Assembly: GCA_026395215.1 (NCBI GenBank)
Contig: JAPLZC010000012.1
Location: 1-63,458, forward strand
Direction: 5' to 3'
Source of the DNA: Candidatus Staskawiczbacteria bacterium
GTDB taxonomy: Bacteria; Patescibacteriota; Minisyncoccia; Minisyncoccales; Staskawiczbacteraceae
DNA: 63,458 nucleotides
The position numbers and the translations under genes were made by a program. The notes under the pieces were generated by a model. The model was not told the DNA's origin and made no database searches. It was given only the letters and a program-made list of their open reading frames with translations. Shown piece after piece: positions 34,137 through 43,602 of the stretch. Position 1 is the stretch's first letter; each line of letters starts with the position of its first letter.

Positions 34137-34710
34137 ACATCCGGAAGTGTACCTTAAGTCTATCTTGGTTGTCTATAAAATCTAGCAATCCAAACCGAAC
34201 ATATTTTTCAAGCTTAAACAATTTTATAAAGTCATCAATTTCTTTTTTACAATCATAAGGGTGTAGGAAAATGCTTTCCTGTAATTCATAAAATCCGCCC
34301 ATTTTAAGCCTATAATTTAAAGCATTCCTACCCTTTCTGCACTCATTTGGTATGTCAAAAGCCACCATCCGCCATTTACCGTCCCATTTTTCTTTCTTGT
34401 TAGCCAACCTCCTAAACCTATAATTAATCGCCCGCAACCTCCCCTTCTCAGTCAATGAAACCAAAACAGAGCCTTCATAGCCCTTCTTTTTCCCTGCCTG
34501 CGCAGGCAGGTCAATTAATTTATACCTTTTAAGATCAACAACAGCCCTCCGTAATTGCTTGCCGGTAAAATTATGTATATCTTTTATAATGTCATTTATA
34601 ATAAAAAACCTCGCGTCACCATGCCCACCAATATGGGCGTGATCGGTCTGGTAATATATACTCCACAATATTTCATCCAAAATCTTATTCATACATTTAT
34701 TATACACCAT
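34135..34710 (-). CDS. wHTH + PaaX-middle/Cas2-fold domain protein (PaaX-like), paralog of 49986..50558
   Basis: WDGKWRMVAFDIPNECRKGRNALNYRLKMGGFYELQESIFLHPYD matches the PaaX/Cas2-like ferredoxin-fold pattern, with an N-terminal winged-helix-like segment. M7 may be the true start. Confidence 0.65.
   Translation of the reverse strand: MVYNKCMNKILDEILWSIYYQTDHAHIGGHGDARFFIINDIIKDIHNFTGKQLRRAVVDLKRYKLIDLPAQAGKKKGYEGSVLVSLTEKGRLRAINYRFRRLANKKEKWDGKWRMVAFDIPNECRKGRNALNYRLKMGGFYELQESIFLHPYDCKKEIDDFIKLFKLEKYVRFGLLDFIDNQDRLKVHFRM
34493..34510. repeat. 18-nt perfect GC-rich palindrome in frame
   Basis: CCTGCCTGC|GCAGGCAGG encodes LPAQAG. Confidence 0.75.
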
Positions 34711-34721
34711 TTTCTATTTAT

Positions 34722-34751
34722 AGTACGTTTTTTCGGCTCGAGCCAAAAAAC
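34722..34751. repeat. right inverted repeat of PaaX-like cassette 1
   Basis: AGTACGTTTTTTCGGCTCGAGCCAAAAAAC is nearly the reverse complement of 34101-34136. It lies 12 nt upstream of ATG 34710. Confidence 0.8.
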
Positions 34752-34771
34752 AACACATTCATTTTTTGCAC

Positions 34772-34809
34772 AAAAAAAGACCGCTGGGCTAACCATACGG
34801 TCTTTTTTT
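34772..34809. terminator. rho-independent terminator of rpoB-rpoC (bidirectional shape)
   Basis: A-run, stem AGACCG/CGGTCT with 14-nt loop, then T7. Confidence 0.65.
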
Positions 34810-34811
34810 AT

Positions 34812-37800
34812 TTACTCTTTTATTTTGGGAATAAAGCCGGTGCCTACTGGGATTAGTTTACCGATGATTACGTTTTCTTTTAGGCCACGGAGCTTGTCTT
34901 CTTTACCTTCAAGACATGCTTTAATTAACACTCTGGAGGTTTGCTGGAAAGAAGCTGCTGACAAGAATGATTCTGAGTTCAAGGCAACTTCGGAAATACC
35001 AAGCAGAATTTGAGCGCCGGCTGGCGGAGTTTTCTTTTCTGCTTTTAAATTTTCTACTTCCTCATTGAAAATTGCACTCTCTACAACCTCGCCTCTTATC
35101 CACTCTGAATCTCCCTCTTCTTTGATCTTCATTCTTGAAAACATCTTCTGAATGATTGTCTCAATGTGTTTATCGTTAATATCAACACCCTGAGAAGAAT
35201 AAATTCTTTGGACTTCCTGCAAAATGTATTTCTGAGTTGTTTGCAGTCCAGCTGATTTATAAAGCTTTTTTAAATCCAAACTTCCTTCGCACAATGGCTG
35301 ATTTTCTTTGACCTCTTGTCCTTTTTCAACCATCATTGCAATTCTTCCAGGAATTTTATATTCCATTACATCTTTTTTGCTACCCGAAGCTTTTGAAGGC
35401 TGAATTTTGACAATTCTTTGTTCTTCATCAATACCAATTACCTTTCCTTCGGTTAAAGACATTATGGCTTCTCCCTTTGGAGCTCTACATTCAAAGATTT
35501 CTTCAATTCTAGGCAAACCTTGTGTAATATCGCCTGCTCCCACAATACCTCCCAAGTGGTGAGTTCTCAATGTTAACTGAGTTCCTGGTTCTCCAATTGC
35601 TTGAGCAGCTATAATACCAACTGCTTCTCCAATTTTAATTAATCTGTTTCTTCCCAAATCCCAGCCATAACATTTTTGGCAAACTCCGGTTAAAGATTTA
35701 CAGGTTAAAGGCGAAGCAACAACAACTCTTTCAATCCCCTTTTCTTCAGCAATTGCTTTTGCTATCTGCCAGTTTATTTCTTGGCCTTTTTTAACAAAAA
35801 CTAATTTACCATGTTCAACTGTTTCCATTGCTGTTCTACCAACAATTTTCATTACAAAGTTTTGTTCAATTGCCTCGGCATCCTTTCTGTAAACAGTTAA
35901 GCCGGTTTTCTCTCCACAATCCTCTTCAGAAACAATAACATCATGAGCCACGTCAACCAATCTTCTGGTTAAGTATCCCGCTGAAGAAGTTCTTAAAGCT
36001 GTGTCAGCTGTACCCTTCCTGGCTCCGTGAGTTGAAATAAAGTATTCCAATACGTTAAATCCTTCTGTGAAAGATGCTTTTACCGGCAATTCAATAATAT
36101 CTCCAGAAGGGTTGTTCACCAAACCTTTCATACCCGCCATTTGAACTGGCTGAGCCCAAGTAGCTCTGGCACCGGCTGTAATAATAGACATAACCGGTCC
36201 GTTTGGTGGCAAAGTGGTCTTTAATAAAGCTTCCAGTTTTGTTTTGACTGTCTGCCAAATTAAAATCTTCTGAGATGTTTTTTCGTCTGCCGAGAGCAAT
36301 CCTTTCTTAAAGTGACTGTCAATTTTTTTGACTTCCTCTTCTGCCGCATCAATTAAGCCTTTCTTTTCTTTTGGAACAATCAAGTCATCCATACCCCAGC
36401 TTACGCCAGACAATGTGCAGTATTCAAAACCAAGAGTTTTGATTTTATCTATAATAACTACTGCGTCTTCATTAGGATATTTTTCAATAATTTCCCTGAC
36501 AATTCCTTTCAGTTGTTTGTTATCAACCAATCTATTTATATATGGATAGTCTAACGGTAAGATAGAATTCAAAATCAATCTGCCGACAGTTGTTTCAATT
36601 AATTCTATTTTATCGGTGACCTTCGGGCTAGGAACTTTTATCAAATCATTTTGTCCCAAGAATCCATAATCAAAAGCTGTTGTAGCTTCTGAAACGCTTG
36701 AATATGTTTTTATATCTTCAGGCTTTTGAGGTTTTAAACTGTCTAATTTTGTTAAATAATAACAACCCAAAGCAATATCGCGGAAAGGACCCATAATTGG
36801 CATTCCAGTTGCCGGTCTCAAAAGGTTCAAAGTTGAAAGCATAATTTCTCTTGCTTCTTTTTGAGCCTCGTCAGACAAAGGCAAATAAACAGCCATTTGG
36901 TCTCCGTCAAAGTCAGCGTTAAAGGCCTCACAAACCAAAGGATGTAATTTAATTGTTTCTCCCTCAGTCAAAAGCGGTCTAAACGCTTGTATACCAAGCC
37001 TGTGCAAAGTTGGAGCTCTGTTTAACAACACCAATTTATCTTTAATAACTTCTTCCAAAATTGCCCAAACTTCCGGAGTTTTTTCTTCAACCAAGCGGGC
37101 TGCGCCACGGATGTTATAAGCTAACTCTTTATCAAGAATTCTTTTAATAACAAATGGCTTGAACATTTCCAAGGCCAATGTTTTTGGCAAACCACATTGT
37201 GAAAACTTCAATTCTGGACCAACTGCAATAACGGACCTTCCTGAATAGTCCACACGTTTTCCCAAAAGGTTTTGCCTAAATCTTCCTTGTTTTCCGGCCA
37301 AAATAGCAGCCAAAGATTTTAACAATCTCTTTCCGCCTGTTGTGGCAGTTGTTGTAACTCCTTTTCTCATTTCGTTATCAATTAAAGCGTCAACAGCTTC
37401 CTGCAACATTCTTTTCTCGTTACGTACAATTACTGGAGGAGCTTTAATTTCCTGCAAATATTTCAACCTGTTGTTTCTATTGATAACGCGTCTGTACAAA
37501 TCATTTAAATCTGAAGAAGCATATCTTCCTCCATCAAGTTGAACCATTGGTCTTAGGTCTGGTGGCAAAACAGGCAAAACATCCATAAACATCCATTCTG
37601 GTCTTATGCCGGCTCTTAACATTCCCTGAAAAAGTTTTAATCTTCTCAAAACTTTCTTTCTCATTGCCGGCGGAACTTCTCTGGCTTCTTTGGCTATCTC
37701 GTCGGTTTCTTTTTTCAAATCTACCTTTGTAAACAATTCTCTTACAACTTCAGCGCCTGTTCCGGCTTCAAAAACTTCTCCAAATTTCATTGACAGAGAA

Positions 37801-38387
37801 TGGTAAGCAACTTCATTCAAAATCTTCATTGGCTTGATTTCCAAAAGTTCTTCCTTGGCCTTTTCTCGCGCCTGTTTCAATTCATTTTTTCCGGCTTCTG
37901 TTGTTTCTTTTTTAACTTTTGTTTTATATTCGTCATCAATTGCTTCCATTATGGCGTCTCTGGCAGCTTCATCAACTTTAGTAACAATATATGAAGAAAA
38001 ATAAATAACTTTTTCTAACTGTTGTGAGCTTTTATTCAAAACCAAACCCATTCTTGAAGGAACTCCCCTCAAAAACCAAATATGCGAAACCGGAGTATAC
38101 AATTTAATGTGCCCCATTCTTTCCCTTCTTACAGAAGATTTTGTAACTTCCACGCCACATCTATCACACACCACGCCCTTATACCTTATACGTTTATATT
38201 TTCCGCAAGCACATTCGTAATCTTTCTCAGGCCCGAAAATTCTTTCATCAAAAAGCCCATCCTTCTCAGGCTTTTGAGTCCTATAATTAATAGTTTCCGG
38301 TTTAATTACTTCCCCGTGTGACCAGGACATAATGTCCTCTGGCGAAGCAATTTTTATTCTAATAGATTCTAAGTCTAATACTCGCAT
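34812..38387 (-). CDS. rpoC: DNA-directed RNA polymerase subunit beta'
   Basis: NADFDGDQM catalytic motif, Zn finger CACGKYKRIRYKGVVCDRCG. 1191 aa. Confidence 0.98.
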   Translation of the reverse strand: MRVLDLESIRIKIASPEDIMSWSHGEVIKPETINYRTQKPEKDGLFDERIFGPEKDYECACGKYKRIRYKGVVCDRCGVEVTKSSVRRERMGHIKLYTPVSHIWFLRGVPSRMGLVLNKSSQQLEKVIYFSSYIVTKVDEAARDAIMEAIDDEYKTKVKKETTEAGKNELKQAREKAKEELLEIKPMKILNEVAYHSLSMKFGEVFEAGTGAEVVRELFTKVDLKKETDEIAKEAREVPPAMRKKVLRRLKLFQGMLRAGIRPEWMFMDVLPVLPPDLRPMVQLDGGRYASSDLNDLYRRVINRNNRLKYLQEIKAPPVIVRNEKRMLQEAVDALIDNEMRKGVTTTATTGGKRLLKSLAAILAGKQGRFRQNLLGKRVDYSGRSVIAVGPELKFSQCGLPKTLALEMFKPFVIKRILDKELAYNIRGAARLVEEKTPEVWAILEEVIKDKLVLLNRAPTLHRLGIQAFRPLLTEGETIKLHPLVCEAFNADFDGDQMAVYLPLSDEAQKEAREIMLSTLNLLRPATGMPIMGPFRDIALGCYYLTKLDSLKPQKPEDIKTYSSVSEATTAFDYGFLGQNDLIKVPSPKVTDKIELIETTVGRLILNSILPLDYPYINRLVDNKQLKGIVREIIEKYPNEDAVVIIDKIKTLGFEYCTLSGVSWGMDDLIVPKEKKGLIDAAEEEVKKIDSHFKKGLLSADEKTSQKILIWQTVKTKLEALLKTTLPPNGPVMSIITAGARATWAQPVQMAGMKGLVNNPSGDIIELPVKASFTEGFNVLEYFISTHGARKGTADTALRTSSAGYLTRRLVDVAHDVIVSEEDCGEKTGLTVYRKDAEAIEQNFVMKIVGRTAMETVEHGKLVFVKKGQEINWQIAKAIAEEKGIERVVVASPLTCKSLTGVCQKCYGWDLGRNRLIKIGEAVGIIAAQAIGEPGTQLTLRTHHLGGIVGAGDITQGLPRIEEIFECRAPKGEAIMSLTEGKVIGIDEEQRIVKIQPSKASGSKKDVMEYKIPGRIAMMVEKGQEVKENQPLCEGSLDLKKLYKSAGLQTTQKYILQEVQRIYSSQGVDINDKHIETIIQKMFSRMKIKEEGDSEWIRGEVVESAIFNEEVENLKAEKKTPPAGAQILLGISEVALNSESFLSAASFQQTSRVLIKACLEGKEDKLRGLKENVIIGKLIPVGTGFIPKIKE

Positions 38388-38402
38388 TGGTTTGATTATT
38401 AA

Positions 38403-41400
38403 TTATTTTTGATCGCGGTAATCACGCCTATCTTCACGGATGTCGTCACGAAGTTCTCGTGGGCGCTCTTTGACCTCGACCGACATACCGAGGGATTTTA
38501 ATTCGGCTACAAGTAAGTTAAAGGAAGCTGGAATGTTTGGATTCCTAATTGGCTCGCCTTTTAGAATAGATTCGTAAGCTGCGGCCCTTCCTTGGACGTC
38601 ATCAGATTTTATGGTCAACATTTCCTGCAAAGTGTGGGCAACGCCGTAACCTTCCAAAGCCCAAACTTCCATTTCTCCAAATCTCTGACCTCCAAACTGG
38701 GCTTTTCCTCCAAGTGGCTGTTGAGTAATAAGTGAGTAAGGCCCAATAGATCTGGCGTGAACTTTGTCATCAACCATGTGGATAAGCTTCATAACATACA
38801 TGTATCCTACTGTAATTGGTTTTGGAAATGGTTGACCTGTTCGGCCGTCATACAAAGTAACTTGGCCGGACTCTGGCAATCCTGCTTCTTTCAATTCAGC
38901 TTTTACATCTGCCTGTGTAGCTCCAATCAAAGCTGGTGAAATAGCAATATAGTTTAATTTGTGAGCTGCCCAACCCAAGTGAGTTTCCAAAATTTGTCCC
39001 AAGTTCATACGAGAAGGAACAGACAATGGTGAAATACACAAGTCAATTGGAGTTCCGTCGGCCAAAAATGGCATTTCATGTTCAGCCAAAATTCTAGACA
39101 CAACACCTTTGTTTCCGTGACGTCCAACCAATTTGTCTCCAACTTTTGCTTTTCTGGTTTCGGCAACCTCTACTCTAATTCTTTTTATAACGCCCGGCTC
39201 TAATTTGTGACCAAGGTCTCTTGAGAATATTTTTACATTCACAACCTTTCCTTTCTTTCCGTGTTCCATTCTCAAGGAAGAATCTTTAACATCTTTGGCT
39301 TTGTCTCCAAAAATTGCCCTTAACAATCTTTCTTCCGGAGTTAATTCTGCTTCTCCTTTTGGCGAAATTTTTCCAACCAAAATGTCGTTAGGACCAACTT
39401 CGGCTCCAACTCGCACAATTCCCTCCTCATCCAAGTCTTTCAATTTTTCTTCTCCAACGTTTGGAATATCAGATGTTGTTACTTCGGGCCCAAGTTTTGT
39501 TTCACGCACATCACAGGTAAAGTCTTCCATGTGAATAGATGTGAACTCGTCTTCCTTAGCCAATCTTTCTGAAATTGTAATTGAGTCTTCAAATCCTCCT
39601 CCTCTTAATGGCAAGAAGCAAACCAAAACGTTTCTGCCCAAAGCCAATCTTCCTTGCGAAATTGCAGCTCCATCGGCCAAAACATCTCCTTTTTTAACTT
39701 CTTCGCCTTTAGTGACAATTGGTTTCTGGTGAAAACATGAATATTGGTTTGTTCTTATAAAAGTCTGCAATTCATAATCCTCCTCCCACTTTTTCCCTTT
39801 TTCCTCGTATGCAACCTTAATATGTTGAGCATCAACTTCTTTTATTGTTCCATTAGCTTCGGCCAAAATAACTTGTCCAGAATCTCTGGCAACATTTCTT
39901 TCAGTTCCTGTTCCAACCAAAGGAGCCTCTGGTCTTATCAAAGGTACTGCCTGACGTTGCATGTTAGAACCCATAAGGGCGCGGGATGCATCGTCGTGAT
40001 TTAAAAATGGAATCAAAGATGTAGCAACAGAAATAAACTGCTTTGAAGAAACATCAATATAGTCTATAGATTCAATTTCAACCTCTTCTGGTTCTCCCTT
40101 AACCCTGGCTTCAACCTTGTTTGGCTCAACTTCCGGCATAATCCTGAGAGAATCTGTTAGAGGAACAGAGGCTGGGGCAATATTATGCCTTTCCTCTTCC
40201 TGAGCTGACAAATATTCTATCTCGTCAGTAACTTTCCCATTTTTTACTTTAAAATATGGGGCTTCAATAAATCCATAAGGATTTACCCTGGCAAATGAGG
40301 CCAAATGTCCTACCAGTCCTACATTAGGACCTTCAGGTGTTTCAATAGGACAAATTCTTCCATAGTGAGATGGTTGTACGTCTCTAACCTCAAATCCTGC
40401 TCTTTCTCTAGTTAATCCTCCAGGTCCTGTAGTTGTTAATCTTCTCTTGTGTTCCAATTCAGCCAATGGATTTTCATTATCCATAAACTGCGAAAAGGTT
40501 GAGGAAGTATAAAATTCTTTTACAACGGCCATCAACGGTCTTGGATTTATCAATTGCAAAGGAGTAATAGTATCAGCCTCCAATGTAGACATTTTGTCTT
40601 TGATAATTCTTTCCATTCTCATCAAACCAACCCTCAATCTGTTCTGCAAGAGCTCGGACAATGTCCTAACCCTTCTGTTTCCCAAGTGGTCAACCTGATC
40701 AGCTTTTGCTGTTGGGTCGTTATTAAGCCTTATAACTTCTTTTACAACCTCAACAATGTCGTTTATGCTTAAAATTCTTTCTTCCTTGCTAATTTCCTTA
40801 TTTAAATCTTTAGGAGCCAAAGCAGGCAAGCGCAACCAAGTTTTCCATCGGCCAACTTTTGACAAGTCATACCTGTCAAAATTAAAGAACATATTAAAGA
40901 TTAAATCTTGAGCTGTATCTGGAGTTACCAAATCACCCGGTCTCAACCTTCTATATACTTCAACCAAGGCTTCTTTCTGATCTTTGCAAGTGTCGCGTCT
41001 TAAAGTTTCTTTTATGTATCTTATTTCTCCCGTATCTACATCTTTGAAAGCTTTTTCAACTTTATCTACTCCGTCCAATCCCAAAGCCATTAACAAAGTA
41101 GTTGCTGGAACTTTTCTCTTTCTGTTTATTTTTACCCCAATAAATCCTGACTCTTCTGTTTCAAACTCAAGCCAAGCTCCGCGGTTTGGAATAATTTTTG
41201 ACCCAAAATAATTTCTGCCTCTCCATGTTCTGTTTGTAAAAAATGCTCCAGGAGATCTAATAAGCTGTGAAACAACCACTCTTTCTACTCCGTTGCAAAC
41301 AAAAGTTCCCCTCTCTGTCATAACAGGGAAATCTGCCAAATAGACTTCTTGTTCTTTCACCTCTTTAGTTTTGAGGTTTACAAGTTTAATTTTTACTCTG

Positions 41401-41663
41401 AGGGAAGCCTCAAGAGAATCATTATTTTTCTTGGCTTCCAAACCGTTTTTATAATTTGGCTTTGCAAGTTTATAGTCGCCAAACCAAAGTTCAAACTCTT
41501 TGCCGGTGTAATCTCTAATAGGAGAGATTTCTTCAAATAATTCCTTAACTCTTACTTTCCAAAAATCTTCCCATGTTTCCTTTTGCATTGTCAAAAGGTG
41601 GGGTGTTGAGAACGATAATTTTGATTTTGAAAAGTTCCTTACCTTGCTTATAATTTCAGCCAT
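38403..41663 (-). CDS. rpoB: DNA-directed RNA polymerase subunit beta
   Basis: GDKLVGRHGNKGVVS, PSRMNLGQILETHLG and FGEMEVWALE motifs. 1086 aa. Confidence 0.98.
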   Translation of the reverse strand: MAEIISKVRNFSKSKLSFSTPHLLTMQKETWEDFWKVRVKELFEEISPIRDYTGKEFELWFGDYKLAKPNYKNGLEAKKNNDSLEASLRVKIKLVNLKTKEVKEQEVYLADFPVMTERGTFVCNGVERVVVSQLIRSPGAFFTNRTWRGRNYFGSKIIPNRGAWLEFETEESGFIGVKINRKRKVPATTLLMALGLDGVDKVEKAFKDVDTGEIRYIKETLRRDTCKDQKEALVEVYRRLRPGDLVTPDTAQDLIFNMFFNFDRYDLSKVGRWKTWLRLPALAPKDLNKEISKEERILSINDIVEVVKEVIRLNNDPTAKADQVDHLGNRRVRTLSELLQNRLRVGLMRMERIIKDKMSTLEADTITPLQLINPRPLMAVVKEFYTSSTFSQFMDNENPLAELEHKRRLTTTGPGGLTRERAGFEVRDVQPSHYGRICPIETPEGPNVGLVGHLASFARVNPYGFIEAPYFKVKNGKVTDEIEYLSAQEEERHNIAPASVPLTDSLRIMPEVEPNKVEARVKGEPEEVEIESIDYIDVSSKQFISVATSLIPFLNHDDASRALMGSNMQRQAVPLIRPEAPLVGTGTERNVARDSGQVILAEANGTIKEVDAQHIKVAYEEKGKKWEEDYELQTFIRTNQYSCFHQKPIVTKGEEVKKGDVLADGAAISQGRLALGRNVLVCFLPLRGGGFEDSITISERLAKEDEFTSIHMEDFTCDVRETKLGPEVTTSDIPNVGEEKLKDLDEEGIVRVGAEVGPNDILVGKISPKGEAELTPEERLLRAIFGDKAKDVKDSSLRMEHGKKGKVVNVKIFSRDLGHKLEPGVIKRIRVEVAETRKAKVGDKLVGRHGNKGVVSRILAEHEMPFLADGTPIDLCISPLSVPSRMNLGQILETHLGWAAHKLNYIAISPALIGATQADVKAELKEAGLPESGQVTLYDGRTGQPFPKPITVGYMYVMKLIHMVDDKVHARSIGPYSLITQQPLGGKAQFGGQRFGEMEVWALEGYGVAHTLQEMLTIKSDDVQGRAAAYESILKGEPIRNPNIPASFNLLVAELKSLGMSVEVKERPRELRDDIREDRRDYRDQK

Positions 41664-41903
41664 TTATAAATTTGCGCAGAGAAAGTTCTTGCTCCGCGGT
41701 TAAGAATATATTTTTTATTTATTAAAAAACTTGTTTACTAAAAAACAAAAAATTCGGTATTAAAAATAACCGAAATTTTAGGTATGTAATTTTCCTTAGA
41801 GTAAAGTGGCCACTGCTTTTTTAACGACCTGTTGATCAGACAAGTCTATGTAAATACATCTTATTATATCCCCAAACGAATGTCAAGAGTTTGACAGGTT
41901 TGC

Positions 41904-41932
41904 AAAAAAAATCCACGACATCTCGCGTGGAT
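41904..41932 (-). terminator. rho-independent terminator of GC-rich ORF 41949..42398
   Basis: Minus strand: ATCCACG-CGAGATGT-CGTGGAT followed by T7 (the plus-strand A-run 41904-41910). Confidence 0.7.
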
Positions 41933-41948
41933 CTACGACTGGAGAAAA

Positions 41949-42398
41949 TCACCCAGGCTGTTCAAGCGCTTGTTTAATTTCCGCCTTCGTCATTTTGTCG
42001 ATGTCTTCAGCGATCTTTGCAAGCCTCATAAATCTGTCGACACTTTCAACAATAAGAAGCACTCCAAATTTTCTGGCACACGGCTGCATCAAACCAACTA
42101 CTTTCTTGAGCGCCACGACTTTGTCAGCGTCGGTGACCTGGTTGGCATGCTTTCCTGCCTCAGCCTTCTGCTGGGCAAGAACAAACCCCTTAATTCTTTC
42201 CAATGCAGCCCGTTTCCCTCCTTGCAGGTGCAGGTTTTTTTTCAGCACGCCATCGATCGCCATAACAATGTTATCATGCCCTTCATTGATAGGCATATGA
42301 GTAACGAGATATTCGAAATCGCCAGGCGCAAATGGGCTACAGTCGACCATAGCCTCGGCGATTACCTCACTCAACTGTCTTTCTCCATTCGCATTCAT
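41949..42398 (-). CDS. hypothetical protein in a GC-rich (foreign-looking) island
   Basis: 149-aa ORF preceded by a strong SD AAGGGAGGAAAG 7 nt from the ATG, with its own terminator. An equally long antisense ORF (41970..42419) lacks such signals. Confidence 0.55.
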   Translation of the reverse strand: MNANGERQLSEVIAEAMVDCSPFAPGDFEYLVTHMPINEGHDNIVMAIDGVLKKNLHLQGGKRAALERIKGFVLAQQKAEAGKHANQVTDADKVVALKKVVGLMQPCARKFGVLLIVESVDRFMRLAKIAEDIDKMTKAEIKQALEQPG

Positions 42399-42486
42399 GA
42401 TTTCTTTCCTCCCTTATGATGTGGCTGTGCCACTTGTTAAACAACCAACTAAACCTTACCACCAGTTTTTACCCGCGTCAAGTCAG

Positions 42487-42503
42487 GTTAACATAGTGTT
42501 AAC
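42487..42503. promoter_or_regulatory. 17-bp perfect palindrome (operator-like) upstream of the GC-rich ORF
   Basis: GTTAACA-TAG-TGTTAAC, ~90 nt upstream of ATG 42398. Confidence 0.35.
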
Positions 42504-42507
42504 TTGG

Positions 42508-43596
42508 TTATTTTCGGATTTTTATTGATTGGAGGATGCCTAGGGAGACGAAGTTGCCAATTAGGCCGGAACCGCCGTAGCTAATAAACGGCAAATAGAT
42601 ACCAACAACTGGAAGAAAAGAGAGGTTCATTCCTATGTTTATGAAAAATTGGGCGGTTAGAATTATGGCAAAACCGGAGGCGAAAAGTCTGGGAAAATTT
42701 GATTGCGATTGGATGGCAATTTTTAAAACTCGCCAAACCAAATATCCGTATACTAAAAATAAGAATATAACTCCAACCATCCCCCACTCCTCAGCAATTA
42801 CAGAAAAAATAAAGTCGGTGTGAGGCTCTGGCAAAAATCCATATTGTACCTGGCTTCCTTTGGCCAAACCCTCGCCAAAAATCTGTCCCGAACCAATAGA
42901 AATTTTTGTTTGGTTTTGACTCCACGAAGCCCCAAGATAATCATAGGGAAACAAAAATGCAGTAACGCGTTGCTTTTGGTAGTCTTTAAGCAAAAATCCC
43001 CAAGCAAAACCTGCCACCAAAACAAAACATAATCCTAAAATTAAAAAGTGCTTTATTTTAATTCCAGACACCAACAAAATCCCCAACCAAATAGATAAAA
43101 TCACCATTACACCACCAATGTCGGGTTTTATAAAAATCAGCAAAGCTGGAAGCAAAACATAAAGCCCGGAAAAAATAATATTTCTAATTTTATACATTTC
43201 AACGTGACGCATTGAAAAATATTTTGCCAGCAAAACCACCAAAACAATTTTCATAGGTTCTATTGGGTCTAAAGACAAAATTCCAATTTTATACCACCCC
43301 CTAGTTCCCTTTATTTCTGGCGCAAAAAAATGAAGCCCCGCCAGCATTAACAAACACATTCCATATAAAATTAAAATTAAATAAGAGTTATTCTTTAAAA
43401 TCTTATAATCAAAAAAACTCACCGCCACCATTATCACAAGCCCCACCACAAAAAAAATAATCTGCTTATTAAAATTTCCAAAATCACTTTTCGCCACCGC
43501 CACACTATACAACGCCACCAACCCAAAACAAACCAGCAAGCATGCCGGAATTATAAGCCCCCAATCCAATTTTTTTAAATAAGATCCAAATGCCAT
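42508..43596 (-). CDS. SEDS-family peptidoglycan glycosyltransferase (FtsW/RodA)
   Basis: ~10 TM helices, PEPHTDFIFSVIAEEWG and SYGGSG motifs. Confidence 0.9.
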   Translation of the reverse strand: MAFGSYLKKLDWGLIIPACLLVCFGLVALYSVAVAKSDFGNFNKQIIFFVVGLVIMVAVSFFDYKILKNNSYLILILYGMCLLMLAGLHFFAPEIKGTRGWYKIGILSLDPIEPMKIVLVVLLAKYFSMRHVEMYKIRNIIFSGLYVLLPALLIFIKPDIGGVMVILSIWLGILLVSGIKIKHFLILGLCFVLVAGFAWGFLLKDYQKQRVTAFLFPYDYLGASWSQNQTKISIGSGQIFGEGLAKGSQVQYGFLPEPHTDFIFSVIAEEWGMVGVIFLFLVYGYLVWRVLKIAIQSQSNFPRLFASGFAIILTAQFFINIGMNLSFLPVVGIYLPFISYGGSGLIGNFVSLGILQSIKIRK

Positions 43597-43602
43597 GTGC
43601 CT

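Noticed and set aside
41970-42419. A 149-aa plus-strand ORF mirroring 41949..42398.
   Set aside because: It has no SD or terminator in that orientation. The minus-strand ORF has a GGAGG SD at the correct spacing and a downstream stem + T-run. Strand assignment remains less than certain.
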